Shown here: positions 12,000 through 25,439 of the stretch, one piece after another | How positions within the stretch are numbered: position 1 is the stretch's first letter | How the letters are laid out: every line of letters begins with the position of its first letter | From: Heterodontus francisci | Lineage: Eukaryota | Direction: 5' to 3' | DNA: 64,000 nt | Assembly (NCBI RefSeq): GCF_036365525.1 | Contig: NC_090377.1 | Span: forward strand, 108,334,407 to 108,398,406 | Program-made: the position numbers and the translations under genes | Notes under the pieces: model-generated | Databases searched by the model: none | Told to the model about the DNA's origin: nothing | What the model saw: the letters and a program-made list of their open reading frames with translations, nothing else

Positions 12000-14900
12000 C
12001 ATAACCCGGTTCTAAGGCAGTATCATGAACAGAGGGGTCATCTAAGCATTGTTGATGATCTATTGATCTATGATGAAAAATTAGTTAGGGAAGGAATTGA
12101 GATTAGAGATCATGGAGAGATTACACCAAGGACATTTGGAAATAACAATGTGTAGAGCCAGGGCAAGACAGTCTGTATGACAGCCTGGTATACTGAAAGA
12201 AATTGAAGAGATGATAGCGAGGTGTATCGCGAGTGCTATCAATCGTCATAAGACGAAAGAACCACTTCAGATTGGTTTAGTCCCATGCGAATTGTTAATG
12301 GGAAGAAGGATGAAGACTCAACTTCCTACATTCCTAGGAACACTCAAACCACAAGTGAGTGCAGGAGACTTGAAAAAGTGAGGGAGAGGATAGAGAAAGA
12401 TCTATTCAGAGAATTAGGACAGATGTCACAGAAAAGAGAAACTTGTCAGACATTCAACCTGAGAATCAGTTTGGGTTAGACACCAAAATCTGGCTGGAGA
12501 AGTGATAGAACAATCACCATATCCAAGATTGTACATTGTCCCTATTGACCAAGGGATGGTAAGAAGAAACAGAAGGTCATTGGTGGTGATACCTAAGAAG
12601 CATCAATTACAAGAGGATACATCATGTCAAAAGTTTGATAAACAAATGATGCTGCAATCAGACATCAATCCAGACAACAAACTGAATGAAGGACTTGAGT
12701 GATCCAGTAATTCCACCGAAGCACAGCAGAGTAAGAAGGAGGAAATAGATGACTCAAAACTTCAAACCCTTTCGAAAGAAAGAAGAATGCATTATTGCAC
12801 ACTTCCAAAAACACAACAGCAGTTAACAATCTGAAAAATATAGGGTTGTTATTGGGCTGGATATGTAAATAGACTGTAAGAGTTATCACAGTAAGTGATG
12901 CAATAGAATCTGTACAGAACCTCTTGTAGTGCATAAGTGGATGCCAGAGATGCAATGCATGTGTAACTAAATTCCTGTTCCTGTAACTGTCAGACTCTTA
13001 GATATTTTGTACTAAGCCTCAAAAGTTATCCAAATATTAACACTTATTGCCAGCTATATGTTGACCAATAAAGACTTACCTTTATGCAAACCTGTTGTCA
13101 CCTTCCTTCCTTCAGGAGACATTTGCTCTGTGCCCAGGTGCACAGCTCTGAGCTGGAAAGGCTCCAGACTGGAGCCCTCGCAACATGATGCTTTGCCTTG
13201 AGCCTCTTCACAGAGGTTGGGTTGATACGAAATGCCAAAGGCCTTATGGAAGAGGAAGGAGATATTGCTGATTTAAAAAAAAATCTTTCCATCTGCAACA
13301 CACCATCACCTGTGAAAACCCCATGCTTCTAGGTGCTCTTCTTCATTCTTCTGTGTACACGCCTATGAGGTGTTCCTCCTGCACTGTCAGCTGAGGTGGA
13401 GGCAGGCTGCTGACCTTTGCTCGGGGTGACCTTGGCTGTCATCCTCTGTATGCCTTAGCCCTGGTGGGCCCTGGCATGCTGGGGGCCTCCTGCACAGAAG
13501 CAGTAGCACCCTCTGTTGTCAGGGATGATGGAGGCTCTGACAGAGGGGTAGAGGAACTGCTGGCCACACCAGGAGCACTTTGAGAGGAGTCCCCAGCAGC
13601 GGTGGGCAGCACCTCCTCCTCCCTTGGATGGATAATGTGTGTCTCCCTGCTGACCTGAGAGGGTAAAGGACCTGGTGGTTACTCCAGGTCCCTTGCCCCC
13701 TCTTGTCCTGCCACTGCTGCCTTCCACCCATGGTCAAGACAAGGGTATGCAGGTCTGCACAAATGTCCCTCAGACACTGAGTGCTCTGCTGGATGTGGCT
13801 GCCCATCACAGCTGCCAATTTCTCAGTGGAGGGTGCCACGTTCACCAGTCAGAGATATTGCTGAGCTCAAGGCCTGGATAGACTCTTCCATTGGGCACGC
13901 ATAGCCTCTGGCATCTCTGCCAGATGCTGCCTGACCTCTCACTGTAACTGCAGCATTTCCTGTGAAGATGACAATACCTGAGGTATGTCATGAGCCTGGG
14001 GCTGAGCACAGGCCTGGCCTCCACATTCCTCTGACCGTCAGAGACCTGGGGTGACACAGCCTCTGTCAGCTGCTCAGGTGCATGTGTGCTTTGTCCACCA
14101 GGTTGCCAGCCTGAATCTAACCGGGAGCGTATTCCCACTGACGTGAGAGTATCTGCGCTGGTGGACAATGCAGGGGTTTGAGGTGATGATGGAGCTTCTG
14201 AGGTCCGTCCTCCCTCTCAGAGCTGGCAGGTTCTCCCACAGTCTCAGAGGCTCTTCCAGTAGGCACCGCATGACTGCATGAGAGAACAGAGGCATTGAAA
14301 GGTCAAGGGCCTCCCCTCCCGACATCGCACACACCCCTTTGTTGGAGATCCCTGTAGGCACCGGATGCCTGATGAACAGCATGAATCCATAGATTACAGA
14401 TGCACCCTTCCGCCCCATGATGACCTTGCTCATAGTCCTGGGAAGGTGCCCCTTCTCTCTGTCTGTAACACTTCCATCCTGTGGTCCAGTTGTAGCGGAT
14501 TATAACCCTTGACATTTTTGAGACCACCCCGGATCAGGCAGACTCCCCAGATGAGCACTCTCACTTAAGGTTGAGAAAGATGGATCCCACGGTCACTTGA
14601 ATGAGTCTGAAGAACTGATCTAACTCTCCCCAAAGGAAAGGAACCAGCTGAGAATATTACTCTCCTCCAGATAGCCTTTTAACAAGTTTGAGCCAGATTA
14701 TAACAACTCGGCTATTATAAGGGTCTGGGCATCTCTTCTCAATAAAGTACCTCCCCACTGAAGAGCGTACGGAGATGGGTTCTCGAGTTTCAGATACAGA
14801 AGACTATGTGAGACAATATATTTTCTATATTATATAAAAATGTATTAAAGAACTGAACATGCAACTCACATTTGATGGGAAAGTCAATCGCAATGCCAAT

Positions 14901-15180
14901 GGTTCTAGGAAAAGAAAGTATAATCTTGTTTCTCATAGAGAATCCAAGTTTTAAGTCCAAATATTGTTACAGTAAAATATTTAAGATATCCATCAATATT
15001 TAAAGCAACATTTACCTTAAATCCCCGAGTAGAAAGCTGCAGTTTAACAAGATACCACTATCCCAATTAAGGGGAGAACTATCGTCGCTGCACCACAGTA
15101 GCTCAAACCTTTACCATGAGAAAAGCTGGAGCGAATCCAATTATTTGAAAATTCCACTGCATGGTTCTAATAGTTACACT

Positions 15181-15895
15181 GGCCAGAATTTTACGGCACC
15201 CCAGCAAGCCGGATGGTGGCGGGGGGGAGGGCGGAAAATGGAGCGGGAGGCTGCGGGAGGCCTTCCCAACCCGCGCCCACCGCCGCCCCACTTTACGTTG
15301 TGGGGGGGTGGGGGGTGGTGGGGGGCGAGAAACAAGCCGCCCGCCCCAGGCTAATCAAGGCCCTTAAGTTGCCAATTAACAGCCACTTAAGGGCCTTCGC
15401 CCACCTGAACAGGGCTTTTACCATGGCAAGCAGGCTTCCTGGAGCCGGGAAAGGCTGCCCAGTGAAAGTTGGCGGCCTCTCAGGGTGCCCAATTGAGGCC
15501 TGCCCCTGCTTCCCCAACCACCCCCAGGACCCAAGACGCCCCCTTCCCCCCAAATGACCACCCTTGCCTCGCTGGGGCTCGACTGATCAACACCAGCAAG
15601 GCAACCCAAACTTACCTGCACGCCTGGCTCCAGGTCCTCGGCTGGGCTGCAGTCCCAGCAGTGGCCACTGCTCCCAGTGGCGCTGCTGGGACTAAGAGCT
15701 GCTGGCCCGCTGATTGGCTGGCAGCTCAATGAGGAGGAACTTCCTTCCTCAAGCGGGTGGACGTCCCACCTTGGAACAATTAAAGCCCGGGGACCCGTAA
15801 AATGCGGGATGGATTCCCGAGCTAGGCAGAAGCGGGTGCGCACTGACCTTTACATCGGTGGCCAGCTCCCATCCGCCCGATGTAAAATCCAGCCC
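15181..15895. mobile_element. Harbinger-type MITE
   Basis: TIRs ggccagaattttac / gtaaaatccagccc with 3-bp TSD ACT. Confidence 0.85.
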
Positions 15896-16499
15896 ACTGT
15901 TTCTAAGTTGCACACTTAGTTTTTTTTAAGTGCAAGTAGGTTTGTCCCCTTCTATTTCCCAAATAAGGCTGTATAGCTGTTAATATCTAGCTAATATCTA
16001 TCTTTTATCTTAATTTCTAAGAAAAGCTGAGCCAGCAGGAAGCTGTGAGCACAGAAGCTGGTCAACATCCCTAGCGCTGGCAGGATGCTGGAAGTTGCAA
16101 ATGATGGTGCACGTCCCAGCCACCTAAATTGTATTTTAAGATTATAACTCAGTTTCCCAGATTTAATTGACAGGTGATTTAAGTCCATCTGTAGAAAATC
16201 AATCATTTTAAACTGCAGTAACTTACAATGATTATTTATGAAACTTGTATTATCAGTGCTTTGCTGAGGTGATGATGCTCATGAAGCAAGTTCCTGTTTC
16301 ACAGAAGCTGTCATTGTGTTCTTAGGAATAGGCAATGATGTTGTGTCCTTGACCACAGTGTTTTAGAGTCCTTGATTATAGGGGCAGGTCCTGACATGTT
16401 TATAAACTTCTTCTACTCTTTCAGGCAGATGAACCCTGCTTTTAATTTTTTAAACGCTAATTCATTGACTTTATAACCCCTTATTATGCCCGGATTCCT

Positions 16500-17203
16500 T
16501 CACACAGTCAGCTCCATGGCATCCTTCTTCTTCTTTGAGTCAGGACATGGAGAATTGGCAGCCCACCGCCAGTCTTGGCTCGTTCTCTATGATTGTGTGC
16601 AATCGTCTCCTGCAGACAGAGGGATGAAAGCTGTTGGTCCCCCAGCAAGATCAATCCCAAGATGTAGGCTGGTGGTAGTTCAACTAATGGGGGAAAACCG
16701 ATGCCTCCTACATCTGACCCCTTTCCAGGGTCCTCATGAGGGTCTCCAACAAGCAATAAGCCTTCTTTTAGGGCAATTTTGCCATGCCTCAGGCAGATTG
16801 TCTGCACCCCTGACCCTTTACCTGTGTCTGGGTGGACACTCCCTCCCCACCCAACGCACTCTCCAGCTTTGCCAGATGCAAGACCCAAGAGGTGAAGGCA
16901 TTAAGAGTTACTCATTTTCACTGCCTGGATAAGGTCATTGAGCCGCTTGCAGCACTGGATCTGTGAACTTGGGGTGACCCCGTGGCTGCTGACCTCCTCC
17001 TCAATCTGCAGCCAGGTTTGCTTGGTCAGGTTCCCAGCTTGCCACCTCCTGTCTCTAGGGAAGAGAATCTCCCACATTTCCCTAGCAGCCTGTGGGAGCA
17101 CCTGGAGGGAAGTATCACTGAAGCCTGGGGCCATTGAGGGTTTACTTTCTGCCATCACTGCAGCTTCTCTGAACTCTGCCACTCCTTTCACTGCAGGCAT
17201 CAA
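16500..17203 (-). pseudogene. Harbinger Myb/SANT DNA-binding ORF remnant
   Basis: APGFSDTSLQVL...ILFP...WLQIEEEVSS..VTP...QCCKRLNDL matches the Myb/SANT-like (NAIF1/MSANTD-type) domain. Confidence 0.8.
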
Positions 17204-17387
17204 GATTTATGGCAGGGCTGGCAGCTCTTTAAAAATGGCACCACCTTCTCCATTTCTGCCTCTGTCCCTGCACTACATTGCCCTGCACCACTGGATCACA
17301 TGTGACCGGCTGCTCCTGGCCCCGACATGGTGCTCACCTGCTTCCGGTCCTACAACAGGACTGGCATCATAAAACAAAATCTGGCCC

Positions 17388-17810
17388 TTTGTGTCCTCCC
17401 CACAACTTGATTTCCTGCCTATCTTTGCAATGTCAACAAATTGGGCAACAATCCAAGTCACAAGTCATTAATATTGATCGTAAATATTTGAGGCTCCAGA
17501 ACTGATCCCTCTAGCACTCCACTAGTTCCAGTTTGACAACCTGAAAATTGAACATTTATCCCAACTCTCTGTTTCCTGTTAGATTGCCAATCCTCTAGCT
17601 ATGCTAAAATATTACCCCCAACACTATCAACTCTCATCTTGTGTGGTAACCTTTTATGTGCACCTCATCGATTCTTTTGGAAATCCAAATACACTATGTC
17701 TACTGGTCCCCCTTTATCGACCCTGCATGTTATATCTTCAAAGAACTCTAATAAATTTGTCAGACATGATTTCCCTTTCATAAAACTATGTTGACTCTGC
17801 TTGATTGTAT
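17388..17810 (-). mobile_element. CR1 RT fragment (continuation of 378-1596)
   Basis: SQHSFMKGKSCLTNLLEFFEDIT...VDIVYLDFQK. Confidence 0.85.
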
Positions 17811-17977
17811 TATGTGGAGCAAATACACAAACTTTATGAATGTAGGCATTGAAAACACTCACCCAAACTTACAATTTGTTTTGACCCATGAATTACAAGA
17901 GGACAAACTGTTGACTCATTCACATAGTTGTTATGCTTGATAGGGTTATGCTTTATTTAACATGATTCCAGAAAGTG

Positions 17978-18395
17978 GGGAGATGGTGGTGTAGTGATAC
18001 TGTCACTGAACTAATGATCCAGAGGCTCAGGCTAATACCCTGGGGACAGGAGTTCAAAGCCCACCACAGCAGTTGGTGGAATTTAACTTCAATTACTTAA
18101 TAAATTCAACTGGTTAATGAAAATCTGGAATTGAAAGCTAGTCTCAATAATGGTGCCATGAAACTATCATTGATTGTTGTAAAAACCCATTTGGTTCACT
18201 AATGTCCTTTAGGGACAGAAATCTGCTGTCCTTACCTGGTCTGGCCTACATGTGACTTCAGACCCACAGCAATGTGGTTGACTCTTAACTGCCCTCTGAA
18301 ATGGCCTAGCAAACCACTCAGTTATCAAGGACAATTAGGGATGGGCAACAAATGTTGACCTTACCGGCGACACCCACATCCCATGAAAGAATAAA
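17978..18395 (+). mobile_element. tRNA-derived SINE sharing its 3' tail with the LINE at 35710 and 51180
   Basis: tRNA-like head (ggtgtagtg...gagttcaaagccc) and tail caaggacaattagggatgggcaacaaat...cccatgaaagaataaa. A related minus copy lies at about 33690-33960. Confidence 0.7.
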
Positions 18396-19394
18396 GATTA
18401 CAGAAAATGGTTACACACTTAAAAGTTTGAGAAAGAAGAAGAGAAAAGGAAGTAATAATAAAAAAACAACAACAGCTTACGTCGCTCCCAGCAAGTAAAT
18501 ATCTAGCTCAAATATGTTAATAACCAGTAGTCATACAATCACCCGAAGTGGCCAGCTTCTGTCGATTGTAGGTTCTCCTTCCAGTGATCAGCGGTTTCAC
18601 TCTCCATGAGACCTCAATCACCCGAAGTGGCCAGCTTCTGTTGATTGTAGGTTCTTTTCCCAATGATCAGCTGGATTCCCTCACCATGAGATGTCCTTCT
18701 GACAATTCACTAAAGTCTCCTTCCTTTGACTTCAGTGCTGCTTCCTCGCAATTGCAGCCAAGATCTCCAATTTGTTCAACCTTTTATACCCTTTTCAGGG
18801 GCTGGGGTTAGTTTACTACATTGACGGGCCACAACATCCTATGAAGCTTCTTTTAAAAGCACAATACCCTATTTTATTCTGCACCCTTTGTTTAAACTGT
18901 GATTTGAACCTGCTCAGAAAGCTCTCCATCTCTCTTTCGTATTCTCCATTAATTTTTCACTATGTGAAACCCCTTGTAATCAGTCTTCCAGGAAAAGATG
19001 TTTGTGTTTGACTCGAACAGCACCATGGGTTTACCTACACCACATGGACTGCAGTGATTCAAGAAGGAGGCTCACTATCACCTTCTCAAGAGTAATTTGG
19101 GATGGGTAATAAATGCTGGCCTTGCCAGCGATGCTCACAACCAAGAATCAATTAAAAATAAGGTTTCCTCAAAGTTGTTTGTGATAGATCTCCTACATGG
19201 ACAATTGCTGGTAAATGAATTGCAGGATGTTTCCCCTTTTCATCTCCATACTTCAATAAAATTCTTGCTTGCTTCTGACTGAAGCTTCCAGCAGTCACTC
19301 TGAGCCTCATTGCAGATGCGAATGGCAAGTAAAATGGAGAAAGATCAGACATTTCCAGGCCCATAAAACAGACTGTATTAAGCTTCAATGACTC

Positions 19395-22300
19395 GAAGTC
19401 TGGATTCAGCTTTTGTGTCATGGCTGCTGGCGGCAGATCCCGAAATGGGAGCCATTGTCACTTGGCACATGTATGCTGGTCCACCGCAAATACGTGGCAA
19501 GCGACCAACCATAATAATTGAGGTGTGGGATCCAGTCAATTACACGACAGGGTAGGATTCCAGGCGCTGAATGTAGCATCAGATGACTCTGGCGCAGGTG
19601 CTGGCACCAGATTTAGCACCCTGATTTCAATGCTGCCCTCGAGTCATTTGGTGTTTGCTGATGAAACGGTTGCTGCAGTGACTCCTGGAACACACACTTC
19701 TGTGAAGGAAACCGCAGGATGGCTCAGGCAAGTCACCGTGTGGCCCCACAGTTTAGCGATGCCTCCCTGGAGATTCTCCTCCTGGCTGCAAAGGAAAGGC
19801 GGGAGGTCTTCTTTCCAAAGGATGGCAAGAAGCTGTCCTCCCTCATGACCAAACATATCTGGATGGAGATCGTAGAGGAGGTCAGCAGCCATGGGTTCAC
19901 CCCCTGAACATGCGGGAAGAAAGTGAACAACCTCGTTCAATCTGCCAAGATGAGTATTCCATCCTTCTCTCCTTTTTGGGGATTACATGTGACTACACAG
20001 GAAGGTGCGCGACATTCGAATATACGAACATCCAAATTAGGAGCAGGAGTAGGCCACTCAGCCCCTTGAGCCTGCTCTGCCATTCAATGAGATCATGGCT
20101 GATCTGATTGTAACCTCAACTCCACATTCCCGCCTACCCCCAATAACCTTTTACCCCCTTGTTTATCAAGAATCTATCTACCTTTGCCTTAAAGATATTC
20201 AAAGACTCAGCTTCTACCACCTTTTGAGGAAGAAAGTTAAAACACTCACGACCCTCTGAGAGATAAAAATTCTCCTCTTCTCTGTCTTAAGTGGGCGACC
20301 CATATTTTTAAACAGTGACCCCTCGTTCAAGATTCTCCCACAAGGGGAAACATCCCTTCCACATCTACCCTGTCAAGACCCTTCAGGATCTTATACATTT
20401 CAATCAAGTCACCTCTTACTCTTCTAAACCCCAGCGGATACAAGCCTAGCCTGTCCAACCTTTCCTCATAAGACAACCCGCCCATTCCAGTTATTAGTCT
20501 ATTAAACTTTCTCTGAACTGCTTCCAATAAATTTTCATCATTCCTTTAATAAGGAGACCGATACTGTACGTAGCATTCCAGAAGTGGTCCCACCAATGCC
20601 CTGTATAAATGAAGCATAACCTCCCTACTTTTGTATTCAATTCTCCTTGCAATAAACGATAACATTCTATTAGCTTTCCTAATTACTTGCTGTAACTGCA
20701 TGCTAAACTTTTGTGATTCATGCATTAGGACACCCAGATCCCGCTGCAAGTCAGAACTCTGCAATCTCTCACCATTTAGATAATATGCTTCTTTTTTATT
20801 CTTCCTGCCAAAATGGACAATTTCACATTTTCCCACATTACACTCCATTTGCCAGAACTTTGCCCACTCATTTAACCTATCTATATCCCTTTGTAGCCTC
20901 CTTATGTCCTCTTCACAAGTTATTTTCCTACCTATCTTCGTGTCATCACAAATTTAGCAACCATACCTTCGGTCCTTCATCCAAGTCATTGATATTAATT
21001 GTATAAAGTTGAGGCCTCAGCGCTGACCCTTGTGGCACACCATTCGTTACATCTTGCCAAATAGAAAATGACCCATTTATGCCTACTCTCTGTTTCCTGT
21101 TAGCCAGCCAATCTTCTATCCATGCCAAAATGTTACCCCCAACACTATGAGCTTTTATTTTCCGTAATAACCTATGATGTGGCACCTTATCAAATGCCTT
21201 GTGCAAGTCTAAGTATGGTACATACACCAGTTCTCCTTTATCCACAGCACATGTTACTTCTTCAAAGAACTCCAATAAATTGGCTAAACATGATTTCCCT
21301 TTCACAAAACCATGTTGACTGCCTGTTTACCTTGAATTTTTCTAAGTCCCCAGCTACAACGTCTTTAATAATAGCATCAAACATTTTCCCTTTGGCAGAT
21401 GTTAAGCTAACTGGTCTGTAGTTTCCTGCTTTCTGTCTCCCTTCCTTTTTGAATAAAGGAGTTACAATTGCTATTGTCCGATCTAATGGAACATTCCCCG
21501 GATCTAGGGAATTTTGGCAAATTAAAATCAACGCATCAACTATCTCATTAGCCACTTCTTTTAAGACCTGAGGATGAAGTCCATCATGACCTGGGGACTT
21601 GTCAGCCCGCTGCTCCAACAATTTGCTCAGTACCACTTCCCTGGGTATTGTAATTTTCTTGAGTTCCACCCTACCTTCCATTTCCTGATTTACAGCTATT
21701 TCTGGGATGTTACTTGTATCCTCTATAGTGAAGACCTATTCAATACCTGTTCAATTCATCTGCCATCTCCTTATTTTCCATTATTAATTCCCCAGACTCA
21801 CTTTCTTTAGGACCAACACTCATTTTGTTAACACTTCTTTTTTTAAATATCTATAGAAACTCTTATTGTCTGTTTTTATATTTTTAGCCAGCTTTCTCTC
21901 ATACTCTAATAGGGCCACCTCCATAGGCCACCTTCTTTTACAGCTCATCCCCATTACCTGCCCTGAGAGCTGACGTGGTGATGAGCCACATAGGAAAGCC
22001 CTGCAGGGAACAAATGGCTCTCATCAGCACATCTGTCCTGTATCTCTTCCTGTGAAGTATGACTATCTCTCTCTTTCCACTTGGAGGATAAGCAGGGCCA
22101 TATTAGCAGGGAGACCTCGCAGACTGGAGGAGGTATTGCTGACATACAGCCTGTCTCAGCAGCTGAGAGTGAATCACTGGTTTTAGTGGGGACAAGGGCA
22201 GATGCTCAATCCTGGATGGTAAGACTTGAGTCTCCATGCAAGAGAATGAAGATTGTCTTACATCAACATCCAGCACACTTCTGGAGATCCTCATAACACA

Positions 22301-24401
22301 TGGATATCATGACAACATCTGCAATGCCTAACCCACACATATTTGTGTTCTCTCTTGCAGGTTGACGTCTGTAGGAGACTCAATCCAAAGGGGGACAGCT
22401 GTCAATCTCTGAGGATGATCAGTCAGAGGATGCACCATTCCATGACTTTCCTGCACCTTCCACCAGTGCAGATACTTTCGCCTCGGTGGGTTTGCGCTCA
22501 ACTTTATGCTCAGGGCCACAAGCTGGTCAAAGCACAGCACAGGGCCCAAGCAGCTGGCTGAGACTGAGACAGCCAAGGCCGCCAACAGTCAGAGGACTGG
22601 GGGTGACCAGGTCCATGCTGAGCCTCAGGCTGATAACGAGACTCTGGTATCAATAGCACAGGACATGCTGGAGTTGAGAGAGAGGCGAGGCAACATCTGG
22701 TGGAAATGCCAGAGGCCATGCACAGGCATGAGCGGAAGGTGGAGGAATCCATCCGTGGCGTGATTGCTGCCAATGTCTCAGGCATGTGAGCGCATGTCTT
22801 CATCCATTGAGAGGTTGGCGACCCTCTTGGAGTGCCAGATTGCAGAGAGGTGTGCAGACCTGCACACCATTACCTTGGCTATGAGCTCAATGCAGCAGTG
22901 GCAAGGCAAGCAAAGGATGAGACACCTGGAGGACAAGCTTCTCCAGCTCGTGTCCTTTTCTTGCGAGCAGGGTATTTCAAGAGAACCTTAAAAGGGAGGA
23001 GGAGAGGCTGACCTTCACATCTGGGGGCTTCCCTCAGGCCACTTTGAGCGTTGACAGTGTCTCCTCAGCCCCTCCGTCAGTGAGCCTAGCTCCTGAAGCC
23101 ATGAGTCATAGAGTCAGAGAGTTATACAGCACAGAAACAGGCCCTTCAGCCCATGACCCCTGAGGAGAGTCCTGCACCTGTGCAGGAAACCCTCAGGCAG
23201 ATAGGGTCTTCCAGACCTCAGACAGCTAGAGGACAGCCGCTGAAGTCATCCCAGGCCAAGGGGCAGCCTGATTAGCAGCCTGCCTCCAGCCTAGCTGCTA
23301 TCACAGGGGTCAACCAACTCCTGCACCCAAAAATGTGTAAAAAGCCCCACCTCAACACATTTGGATTTTCACGGGTGCTTGCAATTTACAATTTGTTTTC
23401 TACTGTTAGGTTTATTTGCTTTTAATATTAACATTCATTGTGGAAAATGTTGATTCTTTCATGCCTTATTTATGAGATGCTGACTTCACCCTTCTCCCAT
23501 ATCGGGTTGCCAGTCTCGGCTCAGCCTTGCTTTGCGAAGCACTTCTGATGTACCAGAGCACATGTGTGATCTGGGTGCTAATCACGGAACACTAATAGAA
23601 TGGAAGCAACAGACTGAAAGCTTTTAGGTAAGTTTTTATTGCTTTCACTCTGAGAGGCATGCATAGTGGCTGGAGCCAGTAAGTATGAGACTGTCTCTTG
23701 CCTCCTGGCCCTCTCTTTGTGGAAGCCACTGCCACACACCCAGGACTTCGCAAAGACAGGATGTATGAAACCCAAGCTAGGTGATCAGTAGGCCTCCAGA
23801 GCACTGTCCTTGCAGAGACAAAGTTGCCCTGGCATCTTTTCCTTTGCTACTCCTCTCAGCTTCTGCACTGATGGCCCTCAGTGCCCACTCTTACTGATAG
23901 CCAAGCCTCTCACCTGATAGTATGACCACCTGTGCCAACCACCCAAGACCAAGCCCACCCATACCGAACACCTGAGACCAAGCACACACATGCAGAGTGC
24001 TCAACACTGCAGGCCGACCATGGCCTCTGCTCACCCCTCTTCCTCTATCTAATACAGTTCAAGGCTGCCATCCTATCTTAACACAGACGCCTTGCCGTGG
24101 TGCTGCCAGTTTTCAATGGCTGGAAATCCGAAGACCTGTATGGGCTGCCCGTCGTCAGCTTAATTCCAAGCCCTCCATTGAATTGTGATCAATTGCATGT
24201 AAATGCATATAAAACTGTTCAGTAATTCAAATGGCAGTCCCATTGCATCAGGGCTGTGACACTGCCTTGGTGCTTTCCCACCGCTGACTAAATCCAGAAC
24301 AGGCGTCACAATGTCGAATTTCCGGACAGACACATCCATCGCTATTCACTGGTCCCCAACACCCCTCATGCTACTCCAAATGGCCGCATTAAATTCCACC
24401 C
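19395..24401 (-). mobile_element. Second decayed Harbinger element (Myb/SANT ORF on +, transposase mostly deleted), interrupted by a CR1
   Basis: Myb/SANT remnant APQFSDASLEILL...VFFPKDG...WMEIVEEVSS at 19719-19950. Segment 22360-23340 is homologous to the reverse complement of 13300-14200 and 63000-63900. TIR-like end gcattaaattccaccc at 24401; left end approximate. Confidence 0.65.
20030..21910 (-). mobile_element. CR1 LINE
   Basis: KSPGHDG, NYRPVSLTS, KGKSCLANL and GVPQGS motifs on the - strand. Confidence 0.9.
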
Positions 24402-25057
24402 AGAGAGGCAGAATTTCTGCACCATTCCTGAGTTACTCAGTGAGTTGATTTCACTGCAGTGGTCCAAAGTAAGCTACCTTAAGACTCTTGAAGACAGCGA
24501 TGTGGAAAGGCAGAGGAGTTTTGGGAGGGAATTCCAGAGGGTGGGCTCTGGGTGGCTGAAGGAACTGCTGGCAATGATGCGGTGAAGGGAGGGGGGGCAT
24601 GAGGGATAGAGCTAGGGTGTTGACTACAGCTGACAAACAGCTGTCAGGATAATGGAGAATTATGGAGCTTGATACAAGGATGGAAATCAGAGCTTTAATC
24701 ATGTTGTTGCTACATACTGACACATCCAGTGACCTAACAGTGACCAGTAAGTTCCATTTCTCTGAGTTCATTTATTTAATTTGAAAATTCACCACTAATT
24801 TATTCCATTGCAGTTCATCATAATTAATATGCAATCTTACCAAAATAATTTACAGCCTCGATTATATAGATTATGAAACAGGAATGACCCACATCACTCC
24901 TTACAAAACAAATTGCAACACCTAATGATACTCTGGAACACGTAGTCAAAAATTGCTGAGAGTTTGGAGGAAATGAAGGGAGAGGAGGCAGTGCACTGAT
25001 TGTGGTCGATTACATCACGGTTCCATAATGTGTGCTACTGTTTTGTGTGGTCTGAAG

Positions 25058-25065
25058 TATATAAA
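25058..25065 (+). promoter_or_regulatory. TATA box of the SPP2-like gene
   Basis: TATATAAA about 80 nt upstream of the signal-peptide ATG at 25140, in non-repetitive sequence. Confidence 0.7.
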
Positions 25066-25139
25066 CATTGGATGGAACCAGACAACTGACAGAAAGAAGA
25101 AGGGAATAGAAGTGTCCACTACCAATCCATATAGGCAAA

Positions 25140-25191
25140 ATGAAAATCATTCTCTTCATCTTTGCTGCAGTCCAGATCCTCTACTGTTCTG
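25140..25191 (+). CDS. SPP2: SPP2-like secreted cystatin-fold protein, exon 1 (signal peptide)
   Basis: ATG AAA ATC ATT CTC TTC ATC TTT GCT GCA GTC CAG ATC CTC TAC TGT TCT G encodes MKIILFIFAAVQILYCS(G), a classic signal peptide. A phase-1 GC donor (G|gcaagt) joins in frame to the ttcag|GA acceptor at 25314/25315. Confidence 0.8.
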
Positions 25192-25314
25192 GCAAGTATT
25201 GAAGTATAGAATGATTTTGTTGTATGATTTGTTGTTCTGATCATCCTGTACTAACCCAAATGTTCATTTGTCAAAAATGTATTCATCCTTAAACCACTCT
25301 GATTTTTGATTCAG

Positions 25315-25439
25315 GAGCAACATGTGGAAATTCTACCTTTTCACAGATTGAGATAGTATTAAATGCTACAATTACGAAGGTGAATGAAGATGTAGCAACT
25401 AATAACCTATTTGCTGTGACACGCTGTGAAGTAGTAAAT
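25315..25439 (+). CDS. SPP2: SPP2-like gene exon 2 (cystatin-domain N-terminal helix)
   Basis: ttcag|...|gtaagt, 125 nt, open: (G)ATCGNSTFSQIEIVLNATITKVNEDVATNNLFAVTRCEVVN. Resembles mammalian spp24 ALSASVVKVNSQSLSPYLFRA (recalled, not searched). Confidence 0.85.

Larger units (their letters stand above)
6936..13042 (+). mobile_element. Gypsy/Ty3 LTR retrotransposon (decayed), nested in the Harbinger
   Basis: LTRs of about 205 nt at 6936-7143 and about 12836-13042; PBS TGGTGGCAGCGGT at 7144. Gag remnants; RT motifs VPVKKPNGSIRMC, FTKLDA and HMDD; RNase H DASS and DHKPL; integrase HHCC remnant. The integrase core appears deleted. Confidence 0.9.
1597..17387 (+). mobile_element. Full-span PIF/Harbinger DNA transposon (decayed) hosting many nested insertions
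   Basis: TIRs gggctgaattttgt / acaaaatctggccc and TSD TTT; the flanks rejoin as CR1 (gcagactc-ttt-gtgtcctc). Contains transposase remnants (+, about 5880-6900) and Myb/SANT ORF remnants (-, 13300-14440 and 16500-17200). Confidence 0.85.
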
